A DNA stretch of 64,000 nucleotides from Thermodesulfobacteriota bacterium (GCA_035559815.1 DATMAT010000057.1:6359-70358); one strand, 5' to 3'. Shown: positions 28,947 to 36,930, counted from the stretch's first letter. Notes: generated by a model not told the origin, from the sequence alone. Program-made: numbers and translations.

Positions 28947-29121
28947 TTTATGGTCGGGAAAAAGTAGCTATCTACGGGGTTAATCTGCTAATTCGCTGAT
29001 TAAAAGCCGGGGCTGGAAGCTTATCAATCCTCCATCTGATAATCTCGGCCAAATTCGCAGACCACCATCCGTCCTCGATTTTGAAAAAGATTTTAATACC
29101 ATACGGTCGTAATTAAAAGGG

Positions 29122-29146
29122 GGAATTTTCTCAAGCTTTTCGTCTA
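29122..29146 (+). promoter_or_regulatory. ECF-sigma-type promoter motif, copy d
   Basis: GGAATTTTCTCAAGCTTTTCGTCTATA with a 15-nt spacer. Ends 101 nt upstream of the LuxR-type gene GTG. Confidence 0.5.
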
Positions 29147-29247
29147 TATTCGAACAAGAGAACGAGGAATAAAGGTTATTAAAACCGGATGGATTCAGAC
29201 ATGATTAAAAACCCGAATTTCCATTTTAGCATGAAAAAGGAGGTACC

Positions 29248-29886
29248 GTGGTGAGAGAATCGAATAATCCGATACAAATAGCCTTAGCATCGCGCTCCCA
29301 GTTTTTTCTCCAAGGAATAAAAAGGATTCTCCAGGATGAGGGCGACATAAAGATAGTTGCCGAGGTTATCGATTCAAAAGAGGTCAAGAAATGTATTAAA
29401 GAGATAAAACCGGACTTTATATTTATCGACAATAGAACCCCGGAGTTTAGCATCCAGGATCAACTGAATTCCTTGATTAATAAAAATTGCACTACCCGGT
29501 TTATCTTATTCGACACCTATAGGGGGGAAAAACATTTTTCACGAAACATCGTATATATAAGCAGGGAAGCAGGCTCCAAAGAATTAATCGAGAGCGTGAG
29601 AAAAAACAGCCGGAGTAATGAAGGTGCTCAAGACAGGAAAGATTACTCGGGCCATGACAAAAATAGGCTTACAAACAGGGAAGCAGACATAGTTAATTTA
29701 ATCAAAATCGGCATGAGCAACAAAAGAATTGCTCAAAGACTCTCCATAAGGGAAAAAACGGTGAAGGCAAACCTGACCAATATTTTTACGAAACTACAGG
29801 TCCAAAGCAGGTACCAGCTCCTAGTGCGGGCCAGGCAGCAAGGCCCTAATAATTCTTCAGAACATGAATTTTCAAAAACCGGCTAA
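29248..29886 (+). CDS. LuxR/NarL-type regulator with an atypical (pseudo-)receiver domain
   Basis: 212 aa. C-terminal HTH LTNREADIVNLIKIGMSNKRIAQRLSIREKTVKANLTNIFTKL. The receiver-like N-terminus has IALASRS where the acidic DD pair normally sits, and retains FIFIDN. Confidence 0.7.
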   Translation: MVRESNNPIQIALASRSQFFLQGIKRILQDEGDIKIVAEVIDSKEVKKCIKEIKPDFIFIDNRTPEFSIQDQLNSLINKNCTTRFILFDTYRGEKHFSRNIVYISREAGSKELIESVRKNSRSNEGAQDRKDYSGHDKNRLTNREADIVNLIKIGMSNKRIAQRLSIREKTVKANLTNIFTKLQVQSRYQLLVRARQQGPNNSSEHEFSKTG

Positions 29887-29903
29887 GGATAGGAGGCTTT
29901 TCC

Positions 29904-30344
29904 ATGGCTACAGCTCAAAACCTGGAAAGGAACGGCGCAACAGCGGATATAAAAGCAATATGCAGGTGGATACAAAAAAAGCTGGGCGTAAGCCAGCCTG
30001 AAACACTCATAGTACCCATATATAACCACATAAACGAATACAGCCCAAGGTACATCGCCAGACGCCTCGCCGAAAAAGACACCAAGCTGAGGGTATTTTT
30101 CCACTTTAAGGACATGAACGATTACATCACCCTTTCGAGTAATGGGCAATTAAATGTGAGAGACGGGCAAGAAGAGTTGTTCAAGGCCTGGGGAATCTCT
30201 CAATTCAGAGACCTTAACCCTCAAACCATCTTCCAGGAGCTTGAGGGCAGAATAAGAAAAATAAACGTTATATCCTTCTCCGATTATATGAATCATTCCT
30301 TTAACTCCTACTCCGACTTTATAGAGTGGCTGTCTGAAGGGTAG
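29904..30344 (+). CDS. Hypothetical protein, likely co-transcribed with the LuxR-type gene
   Basis: 146 aa. GGAGG Shine-Dalgarno and a 17-nt gap after the upstream stop. No recognisable domain. Confidence 0.4.
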   Translation: MATAQNLERNGATADIKAICRWIQKKLGVSQPETLIVPIYNHINEYSPRYIARRLAEKDTKLRVFFHFKDMNDYITLSSNGQLNVRDGQEELFKAWGISQFRDLNPQTIFQELEGRIRKINVISFSDYMNHSFNSYSDFIEWLSEG

Positions 30345-30399
30345 ATTCAAGTAGCGATTATGTTTCATCCCTCTACTCAATATTTTCATCAGAAGACAG

Positions 30400-30700
30400 G
30401 ATTAGTTCTAAGAATGAAGCACCCCGCGGCAAGCCGCAGTGTATCAATACATACGCATGTACTCTAACGCGACATTGCGAGAGTTGCGATGCAATATGTT
30501 TAGATTCCTCACGTTTGTTCGGAATGACAAAAGCGGTTTTGCAGTCTCGGAAACGCAAATAGGGTTCTGTCATTTCGAAGGGAGAAATCTTAGTTTTTGG
30601 GAAACCTTTTGTCACATTGCTTCGTCGCGGAGTCTATCCTGAGGAAATCGAAGGACTCCTCGCAATCAGCGGAAACTCTGTGGCAAGCCACAGCGAATTC
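30400..30700. repeat. MITE-like repeat tract
   Basis: Contains AGATTCCTCACGTTTGTTCGGAATGAC, GTCATTTCGAAGGG and TTGCTTCGTCGCGG...CGAAGGACTCCTCGCAAT (compare 18170-18235), plus small hairpins GCGGCAAGCCGC and TGTGGCAAGCCACA. Confidence 0.5.
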
Positions 30701-30720
30701 TCAAGTTAAATTCATCAGAG

Positions 30721-30746
30721 GGAAATATCCATGAACTTTTCGTCTA
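30721..30746 (+). promoter_or_regulatory. ECF-sigma-type promoter motif, copy e (orphan)
   Basis: GGAAATATCCATGAACTTTTCGTCTAGT. No credible ORF for ~720 nt downstream. Confidence 0.4.
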
Positions 30747-30951
30747 GTACTTACGTAAGACAGGGATGATAAATCAGAACTAAGGCAACTACATACTCTC
30801 CAAACCTCCTGGCCGGCGCCGTTCCTCGCCCCATCGAACACGGCGCTGGCTGGCTAAGAAAGCTTGAAGTACCGGACAGTCAAATATGCTTTAATCTCGT
30901 CTTAAAGGTGGTTAATTATCCTCGCTCCCGGGTCAAGATGTTTTTATTAGC

Positions 30952-31335
30952 TTGGCCTGAAGGTAATGAAAGTACTTCAATGACGGAATAGGAAAAAGCA
31001 ACCCCTCTTTAATTCTCGTCTCAATAAGCCTGTCCTAAGCCCAGTCGAAAGGGCTATATCAAGCACGGTCGAAGGGTTGAAGTATGTCGATTTTGTCATT
31101 CCGAGTCTTGTCCCGAACTAACGTGAGGGAGCTTGCCAGGAATCTTAAGTAATAGCTTACTTATCTTCCTAACCAATACCTTAAGATTTCTCACGTTCGT
31201 TCGAAATGACATCCTCACTCTTTAATCCCACCTATAGACCCGCCCTGAGCATGCTCGAAGGGGCTGCCCTTAGGAGTCAAATTAGGGGAGAATACAAGGG
31301 GGTAAGAGGTTATTTAACAAATAGGTTCAGGACCG
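30952..31335. repeat. Second copy of the 16734-type element, split by a ~267-bp nested insertion
   Basis: Left half 30952-31017 and right half 31285-31335 align with 16734-16866. The hairpin loop is replaced by 31018-31284, which itself contains a GTCATTCCGAG...CGAAATGAC element at 31095-31210. Confidence 0.55.
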
Positions 31336-31472
31336 GTCAGGGCTGAAAATGGCAGGGTAAGAAATGATCCCTCCGAATAACAAATTACCCAAGCTCAGGA
31401 GCTTCACCAAAGATTGAAATTTCCGATTACCAATGTAATTTTCTAGGGGTAAACTCGCTGGGTAAGCACTTA

Positions 31473-33086
31473 ATGAAATTTGACTACGAAAAACTCTGCC
31501 GCTCTTGGAAATGGCAAATACCCAAATACTACAATATAGGGCGTGACTGTACCGACAAACATGTCAGGACAGAATCGCACCGGAATAAAATCGCACTATA
31601 CTGGGAGGATGAAGAGGGAGAAACCAGGAGATTCACGTTTACCGACCTTTCGGTTATTACCAACAAGATAGGAAATGCCCTACTTTCTCTCGGGTTCCAA
31701 AAAGGCGACCGTCTCCTTATTCGACTACCGAACCTTCCTGAATTTCCCCTGGTTTTTCTGGGGGCGATAAAAATTGGCGCAGTCCCCATTCCCACAAGCT
31801 CGATGCTTACTGCCGAAGAGATCGGTTTTCTGCTGGACGACAGCGGAGCTAGATGTATTGTTACCACTTCAGGGTTATACGAAGCGGTGGAAGAGAATCG
31901 AGGCCGGCATGAACGTTTCAGAGACGTTCTTATCGTGGGCCGACCCACACCTTCGGGTTGCATAGATTTAAACGAATTAATAAGGAAGAGTCCAGAAGGA
32001 TTGGATGTCCCGGAGACAAAAGCGGATGACGTAGCCTATATTTGTTATACATCCGGGACGACCGGGTTTCCAAAGGGTGTCGTTCATGCGCAACGGGCAC
32101 TGATCGGGCGCGACCCTTCCGCTCTTTACTGGCAGGCCTTGAAACCGCACTATACGGTCATGCATGCCGGAAAATTAAACTGGACTTACACCCTGGGCAC
32201 GGGATGCCTTGACCCATGGCGGCACGGTTGCTCCACGGTGATCTATGGAGGAGAGCACAACCCCAAAAAATTTTTTGAGCTAATAGCCAAGTACAGGGTT
32301 AACGTATTTATGGCCGTGCCTAGTGTTTATAGGCAGATGCTTCGCACCGCAGACGAGGTTAGTCCCGACCTTGCCAGTCTTCATCACGCCCTTAGCGCCG
32401 GAGAGCACCTGAGCGAAGAACTCTTTCACTCATGGGAAAGCAAACTAGGGGTAGAACTCTACGATGGCCTGGGCATGAGCGAGTTCAGTTACTATCTCTC
32501 AAACATGCCGGGTATGCCGATAAAACCGGGGTCTCCAGGAAAGCCGCAGCCGGGGCACCGCTCTACCCTCGTTGACCAGTACGGCCATGAGGTCGGCATT
32601 GGAGAGAGCGGGGTTCTAGCTACTCCGAAGAATGACCCCGGAATAATGCTTCGATACTGGCAGCGTCCGGAGGAAACCGAGAAGATGTTTCTAGGTGAAT
32701 GGTTTGTAAGCGGGGATTACTTTTACAAGGACGAGGACGGCTACTTCTGGCTTGTGGGAAGAGAAGACGACATAATCACCACATTTGGGTATAGGGTTTC
32801 GCCATTCGAGGTAGAGAGGGTTTTAGGTGAACATCCAATAGTCCATGAATGCGCGGTGACCGGTATCGATGTCGGAGAAGATAAAACAATTACAACGGCT
32901 TTTGTAGTGCTTAAAGAAACCATGCCGGAAATGGAAAAGCTAAAAGAAGAGCTTTTAGACTACACTCTTAAACGTCTTGCCAGATACAAATGTCCCCGGG
33001 AAATAATCTTCCTTGAATCACTTCCTAAGACCGCAAATGGGAAGATTAAGCGCCGTGCACTTAGAGAAACATACAATACTTTCTAA
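31473..33086 (+). CDS. AMP-forming acyl-CoA synthetase
   Basis: 537 aa. YTSGTTGFPKGVVH, GDYFYKDEDGYFWLVGREDD and LPKTANGKIKRRAL. Confidence 0.85.
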   Translation: MKFDYEKLCRSWKWQIPKYYNIGRDCTDKHVRTESHRNKIALYWEDEEGETRRFTFTDLSVITNKIGNALLSLGFQKGDRLLIRLPNLPEFPLVFLGAIKIGAVPIPTSSMLTAEEIGFLLDDSGARCIVTTSGLYEAVEENRGRHERFRDVLIVGRPTPSGCIDLNELIRKSPEGLDVPETKADDVAYICYTSGTTGFPKGVVHAQRALIGRDPSALYWQALKPHYTVMHAGKLNWTYTLGTGCLDPWRHGCSTVIYGGEHNPKKFFELIAKYRVNVFMAVPSVYRQMLRTADEVSPDLASLHHALSAGEHLSEELFHSWESKLGVELYDGLGMSEFSYYLSNMPGMPIKPGSPGKPQPGHRSTLVDQYGHEVGIGESGVLATPKNDPGIMLRYWQRPEETEKMFLGEWFVSGDYFYKDEDGYFWLVGREDDIITTFGYRVSPFEVERVLGEHPIVHECAVTGIDVGEDKTITTAFVVLKETMPEMEKLKEELLDYTLKRLARYKCPREIIFLESLPKTANGKIKRRALRETYNTF

Positions 33087-33120
33087 GTGTGTTATCTACA
33101 CTATTAACAGTCAAACCTGT

Positions 33121-33146
33121 AGTTGGGCTATGATCGTAGCCCAACT
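33121..33146. terminator. 10-bp-stem hairpin between convergent genes
   Basis: AGTTGGGCTA-tgatcg-TAGCCCAACT, between the acyl-CoA synthetase stop (33086) and the P9 stop (33180). Confidence 0.4.
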
Positions 33147-33179
33147 TGAGCTGGCTATAAATTTTCCGCGATATTTAAG

Positions 33180-33536
33180 TTATTGGCAAAACTTATCTAC
33201 CGTACAAATATCATAGGTATCACAGAAAGGCCCCCATGAAAACGGCCAGCAATCCGTCACCGGGGAACATTTCTTTGCACACCTACCGCTGCTACACTGA
33301 TTATTACTCTCGCACCGGCTCCCTCTGGGGAGATTACTACCGGAGGGTGGTGGGGGTTGGTCAGCACCTCCGTTCCCCACAGGCCTACTAAAAAGCCACT
33401 GAAGGAGTTGGTCCAAAAATTGCGGACTAACCACATCTCCCGGCAATAGTGAACGTGAGGATCTCTGTTGGTAGTAACCTCTTGTTTTATATAGCGATAC
33501 CTCCGCTGTAAACCCTGGAAGTGTAGATATTCTCAT
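33180..33536 (-). CDS. Leader-bearing Cys-rich protein P9 (118 aa)
   Basis: AAGGAGG Shine-Dalgarno. N-terminus MRISTLPGFTAEVSLYKTRGYY. C-terminal 8-Cys region CESNNQCSSGRCAKKCSPVTDCWPFSWGPFCDTYDICTVDKFC. Confidence 0.7.
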   Translation of the reverse strand: MRISTLPGFTAEVSLYKTRGYYQQRSSRSLLPGDVVSPQFLDQLLQWLFSRPVGNGGADQPPPPSGSNLPRGSRCESNNQCSSGRCAKKCSPVTDCWPFSWGPFCDTYDICTVDKFCQ

Positions 33537-33620
33537 CTTGGTTGCCTCCTTTTAGCCTAGATTTAACTTCGGCCGTCCTAATAATGCCATATTAGCAGCT
33601 AAGATTGCAAATTGATGACC

Positions 33621-34094
33621 CTAAACAAAACAGATGCCCCCATATCCGGGTAGCGTCACAGTGGAACAGGACGCACCGACAAAGGGAATCGGAACACAAA
33701 TTCTATTTCTGCAGAGGCAGGGAGTAGTAGAGAAAAATGTCATAATTGCAGTTCCGGCGATCTGTCCCGATACGCTCGATGTGCGTGCTATAGCGCCCGG
33801 CATATATGCAATCAAGTTACGATCACATTGGCAATCAAGATATCCGCGGCGACCGTAGCAGAGGTCATGTTCCCTACATACTGCATCGACTGCGTCTATG
33901 GGCGGTGTATTTCCGGTTGGATCACCGAATCCGGGCCCGCAGTAATTGCCGTAAACCGGGACGCTGAGTTGTTGCGGCAATACCGGATCTTGTTTGGAGC
34001 GTAGGTTTATCTTTACGCCTTTATTGTCAATGCCGTAACGCTTTATTTGCCTGCCTAAGCTGGCCTCCGCTTTAAATCCTGGCACCTTGTTCAT
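33621..34094 (-). CDS. Leader-bearing protein P8 with a phospholipase-A2-like domain (157 aa)
   Basis: AAAGGAG Shine-Dalgarno. N-terminus MNKVPGFKAEASLGRQ. YCGPGFGD, then about 17 aa, then CREHDLCY, which is the secreted-PLA2 Ca-loop and His-Asp motif arrangement. Confidence 0.7.
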   Translation of the reverse strand: MNKVPGFKAEASLGRQIKRYGIDNKGVKINLRSKQDPVLPQQLSVPVYGNYCGPGFGDPTGNTPPIDAVDAVCREHDLCYGRRGYLDCQCDRNLIAYMPGAIARTSSVSGQIAGTAIMTFFSTTPCLCRNRICVPIPFVGASCSTVTLPGYGGICFV

Positions 34095-34118
34095 TTCATT
34101 CAACTCCTTTTTTTGTAT

Positions 34119-34925
34119 TCACCGGTCGTAGTAAGGTGACATCTTTGTAACCAAGAACGGAAACTCCGACCACAAAAGCGCAATGGCACCTGTTACAAAT
34201 GGGGCTGCAGCACTAGTTTCTCCAAATGTGAGCGACTTGCCATTAGCCCCGAGGCTGGTAATGTTGTCGCCGGGAGCGCTTAGACCTCGCTTTCCGATAG
34301 AACTTCCTAGGTTCGAGTAGTTAATCGGTCTACCTTGAAGGTCGCAGGCAACAACCGGAATAACCCACGTGTGACCGGTAACGGCAGAACTTCCGATAGT
34401 CCCCTGATTCCCAGCCGCCGCAACAACAATAACACCACCCCTTGCAGCATAATCTAGAGCCTTTTCTAATTCGCGCTCACCTTTAGATGATGGTTGTGCA
34501 AGTGCAGCGCTTAGGTTTATTACACGCGCACCTGCATCAATGGTCTCTATGATTGCCCCTGCAAGCTCCTCTGGGGTTGCGCTTGGCAGGGATTTAGCGG
34601 GCTCACCCCAGGTCTGTCTGTTTCCCGATGCCCTCTCTGAAAAAATGGGACGTACAAGCAGTGTGCAATCAGGACAGATTGCCGGAGCTAGAGAACCCCT
34701 CCTACCGCACAAGATGCCTGCCACAAACGTCCCATGCATACAGGCAGCACTGCTTGCTACGGTGTATGTCCCATCCAGTTTTCCAGGAACCTCGCGGATA
34801 TTTTCACCTGTAAGGCTGGGATGGTTAATTATGATGGGGCCATCTATTAACCCAACTGTAATTTCGGGTCTACCGCTTGTGAGTTCCATCAATGCTGTGA
34901 GCTTGACCACATCCAAAGGATTCAT
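34119..34925 (-). CDS. Subtilisin S8 peptidase, second copy, C-terminally truncated and fused to the tail of the PatG-DUF-like gene (possibly decaying)
   Basis: 268 aa, highly similar by eye to the peptidase at 41599-42495 up to LLWSEFP. It then ends FLVTKMSPYYDR, identical to the last 12 aa of the protein at 40062-41006. GLIDGP, HGTFVAG and AAAGNQG are kept, but the Ser motif reads GETSAAAP (Gly to Glu). No obvious Shine-Dalgarno. Confidence 0.65.
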   Translation of the reverse strand: MNPLDVVKLTALMELTSGRPEITVGLIDGPIIINHPSLTGENIREVPGKLDGTYTVASSAACMHGTFVAGILCGRRGSLAPAICPDCTLLVRPIFSERASGNRQTWGEPAKSLPSATPEELAGAIIETIDAGARVINLSAALAQPSSKGERELEKALDYAARGGVIVVAAAGNQGTIGSSAVTGHTWVIPVVACDLQGRPINYSNLGSSIGKRGLSAPGDNITSLGANGKSLTFGETSAAAPFVTGAIALLWSEFPFLVTKMSPYYDR

Positions 34926-35001
34926 AGTTTCATCTATGAATCCTTGTTTAACCGAAAATTCCCATTTTAAATAAACTTGTTTATATCTAAGCCTTTCCTA
35001 G

Positions 35002-35283
35002 TGCCATTGTCTTACAAAGAATAGGTTATTGTCAAGGAAAATTTTTTCTCCCTACTTTACTTCTGAGGAAGATGAAAATTACGTAGATACTGTAAAATTT
35101 TTGAGAATGTAGAAAGAGGTGAGTTAAAAGCTATAACAAGCAAAGTCCCCGACTTCACTCAGATAGCTGTAGGAGTTTTGAGGAAGGTGAGAACTTTTCT
35201 TACAAACGATCTGGATTTCAAGGAAATAGAGAGCATAAGAGTTATACAATTAAGTAACTTTAAAACGGTCAAGCAACCTTAAA
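35002..35283 (+). pseudogene. Degraded PIN-domain (VapC-like) remnant
   Basis: Open frame without a start codon reads ...ERGELKAITSKVPDFTQIAVGVLRKVRTFLTNDLDF. The PIN-like ending KEIESIRVIQL is only reached after a 1-nt shift in an A-run near 35220. The N-terminal catalytic region is absent. Confidence 0.3.
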
Positions 35284-35512
35284 TGTCTTTCCGATAAGAA
35301 CGAGTCCTTCTAACTCTTCTCTCTCAAGCTTTCTTCTAATCTCGTCAAATTTCCTTACAGTATCGGGTGCGTAGAATCTCTTACCACATTTTAGACATAC
35401 CTCAAGCCATAACCCTAAGAACTGCCGTGTTAGTTCCACCTCATAGGAGCTTATCAACTTCCTTTTCGACGATTTCCCCTCCACACACAGGACATTTATC
35501 AAATAGCTTCAT
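35269..35512 (-). pseudogene. YgiT-type zinc-finger (MqsA-like antitoxin) gene with an internal frameshift
   Basis: ATG at 35512 overlaps the upstream stop as ATGA and encodes MKLFDKCPVCGGEIVEKEVDKLL, then stops at 35441-35443. The second zinc knuckle (EVCLKCGKRFYAPDTVRKFDEI) continues in another frame, which is the listed ORF 35269-35502. Confidence 0.5.
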
Positions 35513-35847
35513 CCCTTTGTTAAAACCTCAATAATATTTTTCATATTCTCAAATACTTCTTCTACCGATGGCTCTTCACACGGCACATGCTTTCCTGCCT
35601 CCCCAAAGGGATGATAGTGCCATCCCTTCAGATTATCAATTCCATAAATCCTCTCGTTCTTATGTATCAGTGCAAAATCTTTCCTTTCAGTCTCACAGTT
35701 AGCATAAATGTCTATCAGTAAATCTTGTTGAAAAGTAATTCGAACATATAGGTGAGTATTTCGAACTATATTGTATTGAAGCGTAACTAGAGGGAAGAAT
35801 TTCTTAGAGGCGTTATTTATCTCTTCTAAGAAGCGATTTAAATCCAA
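35509..35847 (-). CDS. DUF6516/TumE-like putative toxin
   Basis: 112 aa. RIYGIDNLKGWHYHPFGEAGKH resembles the DN..H.HP...H core I associate with TumE-family proteins. Translationally coupled to the zinc-finger gene. Confidence 0.4.
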   Translation of the reverse strand: MDLNRFLEEINNASKKFFPLVTLQYNIVRNTHLYVRITFQQDLLIDIYANCETERKDFALIHKNERIYGIDNLKGWHYHPFGEAGKHVPCEEPSVEEVFENMKNIIEVLTKG

Positions 35848-35859
35848 AAAGGCACCTTT

Positions 35860-36189
35860 CTACTCTAGGTTTTTAAGTAGTTCAAGCCATTTTTTCTTCT
35901 CAGCCTCTAATCCTTCCCAGACCATGTAATGCCTCTCTACCCGATGAGAGTACTTGTTCTCTATTTCTCCTCTCTCCCAGGCATCTGCAAATTCATTAAA
36001 GGTGCTCCCATATTTTACCTCAAACTTGTAAATTTCCTCTTCACATTCCCGGAGACGCCTAGCCAGATCAGACTTTATCAATTTGAGTATTTTTTCTCCC
36101 GGTGTATCTCCTTCAACATAATCGAAAAATTCGAGTATCTCTTTAGATAGGTCTAACGTAGGCATCTTATTTTCCTTATTTTGACTCAA
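35860..36189 (-). CDS. Hypothetical small helical protein in the TA islet
   Basis: 109 aa, 12 nt upstream of the TumE-like gene. No recognisable domain. Confidence 0.35.
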   Translation of the reverse strand: MSQNKENKMPTLDLSKEILEFFDYVEGDTPGEKILKLIKSDLARRLRECEEEIYKFEVKYGSTFNEFADAWERGEIENKYSHRVERHYMVWEGLEAEKKKWLELLKNLE

Positions 36190-36245
36190 TTAACTACACA
36201 GATTCTACCTTCCTATAATGACAAATGTCAAAAAACTAACTCCAT

Positions 36246-36539
36246 CTAGTGTTCTTCTCGTTCTGCGACAAAGTCCGCCTGTGGTGAGCAAAGTCGAACC
36301 ACTGTCAGCGAGCCAGGAATCTTCGAGAGAGCTTTCCTCACCGCCTCGAGGCTTATGCTCTCATCCACCTCGGCGGCATAGAGTTGCAAGCATTCGACAA
36401 CTAGCCATTCCTCCTCCGAAGGGATTGCTGGCAACTTAGACACGATTAAGGTGACGCGCTCGTGCTCACGGAGGTCAAGCGGTTCCAGCAGACGTAATAC
36501 ACCATTCTCATAAACCGCTTCAAGCCTTTTACTCATCAC
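36246..36539 (-). CDS. DUF104 (AF2212-like) antitoxin-family protein
   Basis: 97 aa. N-terminal LEAVYENGVLRLLEPLDLREHERVTLIV is the typical DUF104 motif. Confidence 0.5.
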   Translation of the reverse strand: MMSKRLEAVYENGVLRLLEPLDLREHERVTLIVSKLPAIPSEEEWLVVECLQLYAAEVDESISLEAVRKALSKIPGSLTVVRLCSPQADFVAEREEH

Positions 36540-36681
36540 GTACCTCTTTTACCCAAGACTTGTCCTGGCGTCTACTTCTTTTATCCCTCTAAGCCGTGCC
36601 CTAAGGCGACATCTTGGCGACTAGGAATAAGAACTTCTCAGCTAGATCTTAAATAACCACCTCTTCTCTCTGCAGTTGATC

Positions 36682-36930
36682 TCAGAAACAGATCCAACGG
36701 CAGTATCCACCCCAATGAGGCAGGCACACCCGGACGCATGAGGGCTCCACAATAGGCCACCGAAGCAAGTCTGGCCTAAAGAACTGTGTATCTGTGAAGA
36801 GCAATTGCGCTGGATATATGGTTACGTTAGCTTGGTTCAGAAGAGTGATCATCTGGTAATGTTCACTTGTCTTATAGAGTGATACTTCTGCGGTGAATCC
36901 CGGCATCTTCATCTGGTTCATTTTATTCAT
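36682..36930 (-). CDS. Leader-bearing Cys-rich peptide P7 (~82 aa; start uncertain, 36930 or 36921)
   Basis: N-terminus MNKMNQMKMPGFTAEVSLYKTSEHYQ. Putative core after IYPAQ is LLFTDTQFFRPDLLRWPIVEPSCVRVCLPHWGGYCRWICF (4 Cys). Confidence 0.7.
   Translation of the reverse strand: MNKMNQMKMPGFTAEVSLYKTSEHYQMITLLNQANVTIYPAQLLFTDTQFFRPDLLRWPIVEPSCVRVCLPHWGGYCRWICF

Noticed and set aside
28947-29120. Looked for a reverse-oriented copy of the CTTTTCGTCTA motif upstream of the sigma gene (autoregulation)
   Set aside because: No TAGACGAAAAG-like sequence is present on the + strand in this interval. The only motif there (29122-29146) points toward the LuxR-type gene.
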